Of a stretch of DNA of 64,000 bases, positions 27,001 to 47,264 are shown in pieces. Where the stretch lies: assembly GCF_009914755.1 (NCBI RefSeq), contig NC_060928.1. One strand, 5' to 3'. Every line of letters starts with the position of its first letter. Position 1 is the first letter of the stretch. This DNA is from the human T2T-CHM13v2.0 reference genome, Homo sapiens. Made by a program: the position numbers and the translations under genes. The notes under the pieces are model-generated. The model was given only the letters and a program-made list of their open reading frames with translations. It was not told where the DNA came from and did not search any database.

Positions 27001-30000
27001 TAAGGTAAATATCTTTTATGGTAATTTTCCTGGAACTGTAAATATGACTTATGTGTCTCCGTATCTTTGTTTCCACTGAAGACTTTGAAATAGCAATAAT
27101 TGGGCCTTTTTGAGGACTTCTTGGGCCTTTTCAGGACTTCTACCAATTTGTTAATAGTATGCACCTTGGAAATTTTTAAGGATTCACCCAGACTTTAATA
27201 GTCACGGTTAATATATTCAAATGGTTTGAAAATTTGTGCTTGTAATATGATGATTTGAATTCTTGATACTGGGGCACTTTTGATTATCTTTGCACAGTGT
27301 GCATTTGCTTGTAATTTTTTTTACTTTGATGCACTGCTAATAGATAATATACCACACATTCTATGGATATGTGCTAGTTGACCCAATCAGAATAAATGTA
27401 CAGGAACTCTGCTACATGGTAAATATAATTAAATACCATGAAAATGTCTTATTAACTTCTGTAATCTTTAAAAGTACGCAATAAATCATATTACTTGAAA
27501 AAACTTTATTTTTCAACCTATGATACTGCTTAAGGCTCTGTTCAAGGATGCATTTAAAAAACATGACAATTCTAAAAAATAAAATAGAAATTTTAACTGT
27601 TTGAATAATGGAAGGTGCACATTGACAGTAACTATTCATACTTTGTACCAAGATCTTAGTTTGACATAATTTTTTCAGCCTTGTTTGGATTTACAGTTAA
27701 CCCTAAAAACATTAGTAAATGGTACCCACACTTTTAAATCATAAAAAGAAACCTAGATTTGTTTGCAGTTTTTTAATCTGTTGTTAATAAACTTGAAAGA
27801 ACACAGCCCTGTCTAATAAACACATCAAACTAATGGGTACCAGAGCAGTTCAGAAGAGTGTTTGTTGTTTGGTGTTTAGGTTTCAGTCAGAATTAATCAA
27901 CAATGGATGGGGCCTGCTGTATTTATTAGCAACTCAAATCCCTGTGATTTAATGCCAGGTCCTTTGACTCATTCCAGTGAATGCTGGCAAGTTTACAGCA
28001 CTAATACATACTTACATCCTCGGGTCTTTAAAAGAAAGGGAAAAATAGAGCCTAAAATCAGACCACAGGATTGGCAAGAATTTCCCGAGAGCCATTTTGA
28101 ATTTAGCCCTATACAGTGAGCCTGTGAATAGGAAGCAATTGATTCAGGAACAGTGGAGCCTTTTTTTGCCTGAAGAAGCCTTCAGCTGTGCAGATGGCTT
28201 GCTGGCATAATCCAGTCTGCTTTTGTCTTTTATTTTATATATTAGGCTACTTTCTTCTCACACTTTATATTGCTTTTATTTTCTCTCTGTGCTCTAAGCC
28301 TCCAAATTTCAGGGGCAAGGAGAGGTTGCAAGGGTTTAGTGAGGGTGGCAGGACTATATGTGGAGTATTTCCCACAGATTTATGAGTTGCTGGTAAATCG
28401 CTGGCAATGCTGCCTGCTTGTCACAGTCAGCACTAGGGTGTTCTTTGTACAAAAGTGTCAACTTTTGAATGAGGACTCTGGAAACAGATGTAAAGATTAA
28501 TCTTGAGAATGCATTTTTCTGAGGCCCTGAAAACGTGCCTACTTGTGCAATAGCCCTGGTTCTAGACATTTATTTTTCAAAATGATCTCATTCCTCAGTT
28601 ACAAAGACTTACATTCTTCACTGTTCATGTTCAGAAAATTCCACAGCCCTTAGCCATTCCTCCTGCTTCTCATGTCTGGGGGCTGCCTTTCGAGAGCAGA
28701 TTATTTGTGGAAAGACATTATTTATCTGGAAACTGTTCAGTGAAAACTTGATGGAGTTGTTGTTACTCTAGGGACCGTCTATCTCCCTCGGAAGATAAGA
28801 TTTGCCAATGCTTCCCCCCTACAACTTCCTATGGGAAGATAGCTGACTTTTGGCCTGATAAATAGTTTCACATTGGATGGGTTGTTGCCATCTCATGCAT
28901 TCTTTTTCATCCTTCCCAGATATGCAATTTTCTTTCTTAGTGTCTTGCTTTCGGTTGTATTGTCTTTTATCCCCCCTCTCATACGGAAGTAAATTTTGAA
29001 GAAGAAATATATGCTAAAATGGGTATTTGTTCAGGTTTTTCAATGTTAAATATTAGGATATGTCTCAAAGTGTTCTGAAATAAATCTGTGTATATAAAAA
29101 AAAATCGAGCATGTTAATCACATACCTCTGTTTTTCCTCTAGTTTTCTTCTACACAATGATATATTTTCTTTCGGCAAATAGAAGACTTTGTGGGAATGA
29201 TGTAGAACATGGGTTTTTTTTTTTTTTTTTTTGTATTGTAAATGTTCCACAAACAGAAGATAAATACCACAGAATCCACCATTTTGGAATGACTTGTTTG
29301 TGAGTCAATTGTCCTTGTTTCCCCTCCTTAAAAATTATATCTTCCATTTATATGGGAAACACATGTAGATATTTCCTCTTTTCTTATCTTTAAACAAGAT
29401 TTGTAATACATTTCAGCTGAAGATTAAAAAGATCTGGTCCTCTAAACATTTGTATAAGATTAGCACATGTACTGACATACAGACTTTTTCACTGTTGTAA
29501 TAATTTCCTATATACTCAGCACTTTTGTTTGTGAAGAACATTTATTTTGGTACTGCCATACTTTATTTTCTCATTGCACCTCTTTTAAATTGCATTTCTC
29601 AAGGGCATTATATGTAATGAGGAACTTGGCTTTCAAATGAAAAATGTTTAAATTTAGGACCAAATGCAGATTTTTGACTAGAGATGGCAGAAGAATTGTG
29701 TTTATATCCTAGTTTATTTCCTGAACTAATAAACAACAATAACAATGATGAAAAACAGATAACAAAGGCCATCTGCAATAATACTGGGCAATAATTACAC
29801 ATACAAACCATAACAACAAAGTATAGGTGCTCAAAACTATGAAATTAAGACCAAACTCAGAAAAGGCTTAGTGTACTGGCACATACATCCATGATCTCTG
29901 CAATAAGTATGGTGCTTCACAGTTTGGGAGTCAATCCTGAAAGGTCCAATCAAGGCTCTCTCTCTGGAATGCCAGAGTCTAGGGGTTTGGATAGGTCAGA

Positions 30001-30161
30001 GGAAGATCACTGAATTCAGGTTTACTCCACCGAGGAGGAGCAGGGTCAGGGTGGAAATTCAGAAGTGCTCAAATATACCATTTTTATCACAAGCAGGCTG
30101 ACCACTAGGAAGGGAGAAGATAGAAGGTGAAGATTTGTTAGGGAATTGCAGAGAGCTGAAG

Positions 30162-31036
30162 ACTCATATGCTGGAGATGGCTCATACCTGCTCTCTAGAG
30201 CCGATGGATACATTTCCAAAGTTTGCAAATCAATTGTTAAACACAGCCATTATTAAAAATTACATTACAAACTTACAATAAATTACTTGAGAAACAAAGG
30301 CAATAAGTACTACAACTCATCACACCTTAATAACGATACATTATTATTATCTATGCTCTTGAGGTTATTCCCATCGATTGTATCTGTCTGGTGAAAATAT
30401 GATCTGAAAGTGAACTACTGTGCATCTCTTTCCAACCCTGTATTTGGTAATATATCACATTGGTAGCTTGAAAACAGCCATGGCGGGAGTATTTATATCA
30501 TGAAAATCTGCAAATGCTGCATATAAATACTTGACTTATTGTTTTGTTTATTAATTAGAATTAAAGCGATGAAGAAAATGTTAATGATGCAGATTAAGAG
30601 TGTTGTGCCATGGCACAAAAAACTGTGGAAGTATTCTTCTAGTATTTGAAACTATTGTCTGAAAGTTGCTCAAGTCATTGGTGAAAGAATGAAGTTCTGA
30701 GATGCACATCTTTTTTGTATCACTTTCATTTTACTTAGTAACATAAATGAAAGTATCACCAAACATTCATGTCAGAACACTTGTTCATTGCAACCATAGT
30801 TTGGGTATGAGTTTGGAAAATACAAGAGAAGCATTCTGTGATAATCAATTGGCTGTATAGACTTTATAATCAATATTTTATATGTTGTAAATTGTGTGCT
30901 ATATATGCTTTATATTAGCAAAATTTATTATGTCTATGTAAAAAATCTCAAGTATACAAAAATGTATGTGCATGTGTAAATAAAAATGCATATATTATTT
31001 TTAGGACAGTTAGTTAAGCAATTACCAGCGCCCTAT
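30162..31036 (+). mobile_element. MER63C/D (hAT-Blackjack)
   Basis: Contains gttgttaaacacagccattattaaaaatt-like text and cacattggtagcttgaaaacagccatggcgggagtattta; terminus resembles attaccagc. Confidence 0.85.
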
Positions 31037-31232
31037 AGATGCCTTGCAGTGCATTGGGGAGATATCCTTTGCACTGCGTGTTGAGGGATGTAGATGGAAA
31101 GAATGGAGGTTTAGTAACTCAAATGCATGGATCATGTAGCTGGAGATACACCCAAGCCTCAGAATTAGTAAGAAAATATTTTGAAACAGTCTATTTGAAT
31201 TCAAGATTTTTGCAGTACCAGTTTTCTGTCAT

Positions 31233-31730
31233 TGTTACGCACTAAATTGTGTCACCACCTCAAACCATATGTTGAAACCCTAACCCCCAATATGACTGTA
31301 TTTGGAGGCAGGACTGTTCAAGAGGTAATTAAGGTTAAATGAGGTCATAAATGTAGGGCCCTAATCCAATAGTACTGGTGTTCTTGTATGAAGAGGAAGA
31401 GATGCCAGAGCTTTCTCTACCTTTGTATGTGCACAGTGGAAAAGCCACTTGAGTTCATTGTGAGAAGGTGACTGTATATAAGCCTGGAGAGACCTCACCA
31501 GAAACCAACCCTACTGGCACCTTGATCTTGGACTTCCAGCCTCCATAACTGGAGAAATGGATGGCTTAAACTGTATTTCTGTTGTGGCTTAAACTACATT
31601 TCAGTTGTTTAAGCCACCCAGTCTGTAGTATTTTTATGGTATTTATTATAGTATTAAAGTATTATGATATTAAATTATTATGGTATTTATTTGATGGTAT
31701 TTACTATGGCAGCTCCAGTAGACTAATACA
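31233..31730 (+). mobile_element. MaLR solo LTR (MLT1A/MSTC-like)
   Basis: Runs tgttacgcactaaattgtgtc...agactaataca; TSD gtcat/gtcac. Confidence 0.9.
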
Positions 31731-31899
31731 GTCACAGTTTGAAAAGAATGAGCATGGGATATACAAATGGATAGTAAGACAAGAGAAAGAAATAGGAACT
31801 CATCCATGTAAAGTGGCATATAGAAAGTGCTCAATAATAATTATTATTATATAAGATAGATGAATAAGTCGTATCAGACTAATGGTAATGCCGGGAAGT

Positions 31900-33580
31900 A
31901 GAAGAAACATTTTAAAGATAAAATCTTCCATGTTACTAGAAAAATTAAAGACAATGTTAGTTTTGAAATGAGAGTTCATAGAAGAAAGTAAATGAAGAAG
32001 AGAAAGGTTGTGAAGGAAGGAAACTTACCAGAGAATTTGACAATTTTGGACCAAGTCAAGCTATTTAATTGTAAAGGACACAGACAGATAATCTCAGACA
32101 CAAAAGAATTCAGTGAATAGAAGAACCAAGCATCTTTCTTGAAAAATATACATAATGAAATCTAAACAATATTGAAAAAATTCCTTGACTTGAAATCAGA
32201 AAATACAGTCTCATTTTTAACATGTTTGGAATATTAAAACCCAACAACATATTTTTGGATACAAAGAAAACTGCAATAAATTCTATAAACCAGAAAGATT
32301 GTGTAATATGGTAATTGATGACAACACACTGAAACTAGAAATTTAGTATAAAATAAAATAACAAAATCCCAACCACCCAGAATTATCAACAATAATAGCA
32401 AAAAAACAACTCAATGTTTAGCTCAAAGAGAGAAGTCAGAACTGAAATTGTGGAGCAATAGAAAATAACACTATTATAAAAATATTACATATTAGAACTT
32501 ATACAGCTGAAACCATGCTCAGGAGAAAATTTATGTCCTTGACACCAAATGAAATGATCTCTTAACATAAGAAGTTAGGAAAAAACCAGAAAAATTATTT
32601 TTAAGAAACTAGAAAGCTGGGCATGATGGTGCACACCTGTTGTCCTAGCTACTTAGCAGGATGAGGCAGGACAATCCTTTGAGCCCTTGAGTTCAGGTGC
32701 AGCCTGGGCAACATAGCAAGACCTTGTCTCTTTAAAAAAAAAAAAAGAAAAAACGAAAGCAGAAATAAGGCTTCATAAAGATAACAGCCAAATCAATGCA
32801 GTAGAATATAAGAAAACAATAGAACTAATAAATAAATGAAAGAACCCCCTAGTAACACAGATAATCACTAGCTAACCTAATTTAACAAGAAAAAGGAGAT
32901 AACATAAATACATGAAGCTGGAAACCAAAAGAAAAAACAATCAGATACAGAGGGGATTACAAGAAATGTTTAGGAATTTTTTCATAAATATATTTGAAAA
33001 CCTGGATACATAGATGATTTTCCAGGAAAGTACGTATAACCAAAATTGATCTCAGATGTAAAGGAAATCTCCAAACAGAATAATTACAAGGAAGACAAGA
33101 AAAGAAAAATACATTGCGAAAGCACTACCCTTAAAAAAAAAAAGATCAGGCTGTGGAGGTATCAAAGCTCTTCCAATTGATTTTTACAACACTACCACAA
33201 CATTGAAACCAAATTCTGAAAAAATAAAGCTTTACACCTAGCTTACTAAACTGGAAACACCCCAACGTTAAGTGACTGGCTATATAAGTTTGTACAATGG
33301 AATGTCATGCAGCTACTAAAATAAAAAAAAAACAAAAAACTATGTTGATGTTCATGTGGAAAGAACTTTAAAATATATTATTAAATACAAATAAAGATTC
33401 AGAACAATGTATATATATGTATCAATTTGAACAAAATATGTATAGATTTATGAATTGGGAATTTGATGAAGAAACTGTTGATGGTGGTAGTTGACGTTAG
33501 GACTGGGAGGAAGAATCAGGCTTTATTGTATCTCTCTTTCTTACTTGGTTTGTAGACATGTATCTGTATTATTTTCGTTA
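31900..33580 (+). mobile_element. Old L1ME-like ORF2 (EN/linker) and 3' fragments
   Basis: A-rich L1 text such as tttgaaaacctggatacatagatgattttccaggaaa and ctgaaactagaaatt. Confidence 0.7.
32615..32752 (+). mobile_element. FLAM (free left Alu monomer)
   Basis: Single monomer of about 120 bp followed by an A tail. Confidence 0.85.
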
Positions 33581-33860
33581 AATCATTCATCAGATCCTTA
33601 GCAATAAAATAGAATTTGCATAGTCAGTAAATTTCCCCGCAGCAATGTAACTGATCTAGAATTGTGTGCATAACATGACATTTATCAATGTGTTTTCACG
33701 AGGTGGTATATCGAATAAGGCAGTTTTCCCTTTCATTCTTTGATCTGATGGAATTTCCAAGTGGAATCGCTGCTTGATATTCTGTGGAAAACTTGAAATT
33801 TTTTTCCAGCTCATAGAATATAAAAGAATACTAATACGGTTTCATCAGAATGTCCTTTAC

Positions 33861-34165
<305 letters not shown>

Positions 34166-34229
34166 TGTCGTTTACTTTAAAAGAATATTAGTCATTTAAT
34201 TTTCATCGTATATTTCCACTTTTCTTTTT

Positions 34230-34368
34230 TTTTAAATTTATTTTTTATTTTAGTAGGTTTTTAGAGAGCAGGTGGTGTTTGGTTACATGAATAAATTCTT
34301 CAGTAGTGACTTTTGAGATTTTGGTGCACCCATCACCAGAGCAGTGCATACTGTACCCAATGTAGTCT
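34230..34368 (-). mobile_element. 5'-truncated L1PB 3' end
   Basis: ttggtgcacccatcacc and gtactg-type L1PB1 3'UTR text; about 19-bp TSD tattt(c/t)cacttttcttttt. Confidence 0.88.
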
Positions 34369-36088
34369 TATTTTCACTTTTCTTTTTAGCTCCATAAAAA
34401 GAGCATACTCTACTCTAGAACAAAACAGGATCAAGAAATGTCACTTTTCCCCCCACAATATGTTAGAATTTTTGGCCTTCCTTTAACATTCAAACAACAC
34501 TTACAAAGTTTCTGAAAATCTTAGTTGTCTGACAACTGAACAGATTATGTTAACTTTCTAGGTGGGCGTATTTATTCAGTCTGATGGGTACTATATGAGA
34601 TACATTTTTAAAAATTTATAGAATGGGTCCAACTCTCTCGCACTATGCCATGTGAGTAGATACCACGTACAAATAAGGGAATCTCCTTAGGGAGTTGATT
34701 TTGCTTTTTGTAAGGAAGGAGTGTTTTGAACTCTTGTATGAGAATATCAGTGGCTGCAGTGTGCCAGGTGCTGTACTATGAGTTACCAGATTAAATGGTA
34801 TACAAGCAACAGGAATTCTAATAATGTAGAAAGTGAAAGAGACCAAGAAGTTAAGTCTGAGGTTGGGGGCAAAATTTCATTATCAGTCAAGAATTTTGGA
34901 GACATATGTCACCAACATGCTCCAAAACTGGATGCCTATTTTAGTGTATTTTACAAGGAAGATTTGGATATATGATATCTGGGTGTTAAAATGTGTTCTA
35001 CCTTGCTGTATTTGTTTAGCTGACACCAACTCCAGAACTCAGACATATATTACTTTTGAGAGTGACTGACCATTGTGGTATCTACAAAAGTGGTAAGAAA
35101 AGTGGAGGAATCTTTGTAGTTTCAGTCTGGGGATGCTTCCTTCATCCAGGAATGCTTTCTAGCATTCTTGAGTTCTGGCTAATGAGGTGCTAATGGGGTG
35201 TTATTACTGGCTACTAGACCAAGGCATCAGAGAGACAGGCTGGTAAACACCCTTTGAAGTATGTGCCTAATTCTTTGAAGTGTGTTTCTAATGGGAAGAT
35301 AAGCACATTTCCTGTCTTAGAGATCCGAAGTTTTGTGTCCTAACCCTATGTTATCAATTCTAGGACACATTTGCTCTTTTTCAGGTAGTACTTAGTCAAG
35401 AAATTGCATTAGAGGGGTGGTTCCAGGGCTTGATCTTCTCATGTTGGATTTGGCTAATGGTGCCTCATATATGAAACCTGCTTAGTGATTTTCTTATATT
35501 CTGCCCCCTAAGAGACGAATAGAAATATAGGTCAAACTAGGGGAATACAAGCCCAAATGTCTCTCTAAATAAACTTTTCTTTGACTTCTCTGAGAAAAGT
35601 TGATTTGGAGGGATATTCTCCTCTTTGACACTGTTTTCTCCAACACTCTAATTAAGTAAGGTCAAAAACTGTCTCTTATTGGTCCCTTAATTCCAAGTTC
35701 CCAGTACAGTGGTTTGTACAGTGAGTACAGAATCTTTTAAGTAGTGCACATGTAAGATGTGATGTGGATTAAAACTCTGATGCTCTACCACATGATTCTT
35801 AAAACCCAAAAGTTCTCAACTTAGCAGAAAGCCAGATATAGGACAATATAATATTTTCTAAGCTTTTTAGTGTTTAAAGTATTTACAACTCATTTACCTC
35901 AAATTACATTCAGTGGAGATTCCCCAGACCAAATTTTAGAGGGTCAGGGTCAGATGGGAAGGGGACAGAAGATTTTCCAGTTTCTAGGTATGGACTCAGA
36001 TTACATTCTAATTCAGTTAAGTGACAATTTATTTGTTAATACAACAAATGTATTTGCATCCATCCAATCAGCAAATATGTCTTGAATA

Positions 36089-36421
36089 TAGTATTCTTCC
36101 CCTTATTCATGGGGTAAATTTTCCATGACCTGCAGTGGAGGCCTGAAGTCATGGATAGTACTGAACCTTCTATATACTATGATTTTTTTTCCTGTACATA
36201 CAGACTTAAGATAATGTGTGTAAATTAAGTGCAGTGGGAGATTAATAACAACAACTAATAATAAAATAGAACAATAATAACATTATTCCATAATAAAAGT
36301 TAAGTGAATGTCGTCTGTCTTGCTCAGTATATCTTATTTCATGTGATATTTTCAGATTGCAGTTGACTATGGATAATTGAAACTGAGGAAAGCGAAATCA
36401 CACATAAGGGGGGAACTACTA
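36089..36421 (-). mobile_element. MER44A-like Tigger MITE
   Basis: TA-flanked with inverted termini (tagtattcttccccttat / ataaggggggaactacta); about 335 bp. Confidence 0.82.
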
Positions 36422-38058
36422 TATTTTATTAAGGGAAACAATCTGTTCCCATAAATCAAACCTCAGCTAGCAGAATTAAAGGTAAACTTGAGGAGTTAGG
36501 GATCATCACGGTGATGGGAAGAAGGACTAGAATGCAGCTCTACACAGAGCAGCACACGGAGTCTTGCGTTGTGAATTTTAGGTCCAGATTGACTGCAAGA
36601 ACAAATCAGCAATCCTGAGAGGACCCACAGGCCCTCTGAAGGAAGCAGACTACTCCTGCAGGACCTGGGAGATACCCCGAATACTGTGAGTGCCCCACCT
36701 GTGGAAGTGGGAAAGGGAGACCATCCCCTCCTGAACACACACCCTCACTGGAGAAACTGAAGTTCTGTTTGTGGGAGAAGTTTCCAATTTTACCTACAGT
36801 TGAGTCAACTTAGAGAACCAAGCGAAATACAGGGGTAGAAGAAGCTGCAGAAAGGCCCTGGGAGCTCACTGGGTCCCCTAGCAGGCCATTCCTGCCTGGC
36901 ACCACAGGGATCCATCAGGAGGGTGGCCAGAGGAGCAGGGGGGTAAAACTACACAGGGAGAAGGACTTCTCTAGCTGAACTCTGAAACAATTTGAACGGG
37001 GCAAGAAGCCTGCTGGTCAGAACTCAGGGGAGGGCTCAAATTCACTTTGAAGACTCTATAGGTGGGGGAAGTAACAAGACCTTTCTTTTGCAGCTGGGAG
37101 GCAGGTAGCCTGGGGCAAGTTTTCAAGCCCATCTTGTCCTCTGCCTGGAAACAGACTTGGGTCTGTTGTGGGGGACATGGTGGGAGTGAGACCAGCCCTT
37201 CACTTTGCGTGGGAGCTGGGTGAAGCCTGTGACTGCTGGCTTTCCCCAACTTCCCTGACAACCTGCATGACTCAGCAGAGGCAGCCATAATCCTCCTAGG
37301 TACACAACTCCAGTAACCTGGGAATCTCACCGCCATCCCCCACAGCAGTAGTAGCAAGACCTGCCCAAGGAGAGTCTGAGCCCAGACACACCTGCCCTGC
37401 CCCCACCTGATGGTCCTTCCCTACCCACCCTGGTCACTGAAGACAAAGGGCATATAATCTTGGGAGCTCTAGGGTCCCGCCCACTGCCGGTTCCTCTCTA
37501 CACTACTATAGCTGATGCTTTCTGGGAAGTGTCACCTTCTGGCAGGAGGCCATCAGGACAATGTGCAGACAACTCCCAGTACCAGCCCAGAGCCAGGCAG
37601 ACTCACTGGGTGGCTAGACCCAGAGGACAGACAACAATCACTGCAGTTTGGCTCACAGGAAGCTACTTCCTTAGGAAAAGGGGGAGAGTACTACATCAAG
37701 GGAATACCACACGGGACAAAAGAATCTGAACCACAGCCTTTAGCCCTAGACCTTCCCTCTGACAGAGCCTACCCAAATGAGAAGGAAACAGAAAACCAAC
37801 GCTGGTAATATGATAAAACAAGGCTTTTTAACACCCCCCCAAAATCACACCAGTTTACCAGCAGTGGATCCAAACCAAGAAGAAATCCCTGATTTATTTA
37901 CCTGAAAAAGAAGTCAGGAGGTTAGTTATTAAGCGAATCAGGGAGGCACTAGAGAAAGGCAAAACCCAATGCAAGGAAATCCAAAAAATGATACAAGAAG
38001 TGAAGGGAGAAATATTCAAGGAAATAGATAGCTTAAAGAAAAAAACAAAAAATTCAGG

Positions 38059-38373
38059 GGCTGGGCGCAGTGGCTCACGCCTGTAATCCCAGCACTTTGG
38101 GAGGCCAAAGCAGGCGGATCATGAGGTCAGGAGATCGAGACCATCCTGGCTAACATGGTGAAACCCTGTGTCTACTAAAAATACAAAAAATTAGCCAGGC
38201 GTGGTGGTGGGTGCCTGTAGTCCCAGCTATTCAGGAGGCTGAGGCAGGAGAATGGCATGAACCCAGGAGGCAGAGCTTGCAGTGAGCCGAGATTGCACCA
38301 CTGCACTCCAGCCTGGGTGACAGAGTGAGACTCCATCTCAAAAAAATAAAAATAAAAAAAGAAATAAAAAAAT
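38059..38373 (+). mobile_element. AluY in L1PB ORF1
   Basis: gagatcgagaccatcctggctaac and gagcttgcagtgag diagnostics; TSD aaaaattcagg at 38048-38058 and 38374-38384. Confidence 0.95.
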
Positions 38374-39608
38374 AAAAATTCAGGAAACTTTGGACACACT
38401 TTAAGAAATGCAAAATGTTCTGGAAAGTCTTAGCAATAGAATTGAACAAGGAGAGGAAAGAAATTCAGAGCTCGAAGACAAGGTCTTCAAATTAACCAAA
38501 TGCAATAGAGACAAAGAAAAAAGAATAAGAAAATATGAACAAAGCTTCCAAGAAATCTAGGATTATGTTAAACAACCAAACCTAAGAATAATTGGTGTTC
38601 CTGAGGAAGAAGAGAATTCTATAAGCTTGTAAAACATATTTGGGGAAATAATAGGGGAAAACTTCCCTGGCTTTGCTAGAGACCTAGACATGCAAATACG
38701 AGGAGCACAAAGAACACATGGGAAATTCATCACAAAAAGATCATCACCTAGGCACATTGTCACCAGGTTATCCAAAGTTAAGACAAAGGAAAGAATTTTA
38801 AGATCTGTGAGACAAAAGTACCAAGTAACCTATAAAGGAAAACCTGTCAGATTAACAGCAGATTTCTCAGCAGAATCCTTACAAGACAGAAGGGATTGGG
38901 GCCCTATCTTCAGCCCCCTCAAACAAAACAATTATCAGCCAAGAATTTTGTATCCAGTGAAAATACGCATCATATATGAAGGAAAGATACAGTCTTTTTC
39001 AGACAAACAAATGCTGACAGAATTCATTGTTACCAAGCCACCACTACAAGAACTGCTAAAAGGAGCTCTAAATTTTGAAACAAATCCTGGAAACATATCA
39101 AAACAGAATCTCTTTAAAGCAAAAGTCACACAGGACATATAAAACAAAAATACATGTTAAAAAACAAAAAAAACAAAAAACCCAAAGCAGACAGGCAACA
39201 GAGTATGATGAATGCAATGGTACCTCACATTTCAATACTAACATTGAATGTAAATGGCCTAAATGCTCCACTTAAAAGACACAACTGCAGAATGGATAAG
39301 AACTCACCAACCAACTATCTGCTGCCTTCAGGAGACTCACCTAACACATAAAGACTCACATAAACTAAAAGTTAAGGGATGGAAAAAGGCATTTCCTGTA
39401 AATGGGCACCAAAAAACGAGCAGGGGTAGCTATTCTTATTCAGACAAAACAAACTTTAAAGCAACAGCAGTTAAAAGAGACAAAGAGAGACATTATAAAA
39501 TGGTAAAAGGCCTTGTTAAACAGGAAAATATCACAATCCAAACATATATGCACCTAACACTGGAGCTCCCAAATTTATTAAACAATTACTAATAGACTCA
39601 AGAAATGA

Positions 39609-40043
<435 letters not shown>

Positions 40044-41282
40044 GTATACAGAACATTTTATCCAACAACCACAGAATACACATTCTATACAAAAATGCAT
40101 GGAACTTTCTTTAAGATAGACCATATGATAGGCCATAAAACAAGCCTTAATATATTTAAGAAAATTTAAATTATATCAAGCACTCTCTCAGACCACAGTA
40201 GAATAAAACTGGAAATCAGCCCCAAAAGGAACCTTCAAAACCATGCAAATACATGGAAACTAAATAACCTGCTCTTGAATGAGCATTGGGTAAAAAACAA
40301 AATCAAGTTGGAAATTAAAACATTTTTCAACTGAATGACAATAATGACACAACCTACCAAAACCTCTGGGATACAGCAAAGGCAATGCTAAGGGGAAAGT
40401 CCATGCCCCTAAATGCCCACATCAAAAGGACTGAAAGAGCACAAACTGACCTTCTAAAGACACACCTCAAGGAACTAGAGAAAGAAGAACAAACTCAAAC
40501 CCATCAGAAGAAAGGAAATAACCAAGATCAGAGCACAACTAAATGAAATTGAAACATAAAAACAATAAAAATGATAAATGAAACAAAAGCCTGGTTCTTT
40601 GAAAAGATAAATAAAATCAATAGACCATTAGCAAGGTTAACCAAGGAAAGAAGAGAGAAAATCCGAATAACCTCAGTAAGAAACAAAACAGGAAATATTG
40701 CAACTGACACCACAGAAATACAAAAGATGATTCCAGGCTACTATGAATACCTTTACACACATAAACTAGAAAACCTAGAAGAGATGGATAAATTCCTGGA
40801 AAAATACAACCCTCCTAGCTTAAATTAGGAATAATTAGATATCCTGAACAGACCAGTAACAAGCAGTGAGATTGAAATGGTAATTAAAAAATTTCCAACA
40901 AAAAAAGTCCAGGATCAGATGGATTCACAGCAGAATTCTACCAAATATCCAAAGAATTGGTACCAAAACTTTTAACACTATTCCACAAGATAGAGAAAGA
41001 AGGAATCCTCCCTAATTAATTCTATGAAGCCAGTATCACCTTAATACCTAAACCAGGAAAGGACAAAACCAAAAAAGAAAACTACAGATCAATATACTTG
41101 ATAAACATAGATGCTAAAATCCTTAACAAAATACTAGCTGACCAAATCCAACAACATATCAAAAAGATAATCCACCATGATCAAGTGGGTTTCATACCAG
41201 GGATGCAGGGATGGTTTAAAATATGCAAGTCAATAAATGTGATACAGCACATAAACAGAATTAAAAACAAAAGTCACATGAT

Positions 41283-47264
<5,982 letters not shown>

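Noticed and set aside
27900-28900. Unique, moderately GC-rich stretch that might be an enhancer
   Set aside because: No motif cluster or structure I can support without conservation or chromatin data.
34894-34927. Hairpin ttttggag...ctccaaaa
   Set aside because: The stem is too short for a pre-miRNA and is expected by chance in 64 kb.
36470-36496. TSD for the host L1PB (aaaggtaaacttga versus aaaggtgatgcttca near 55727)
   Set aside because: The match is too poor to call.
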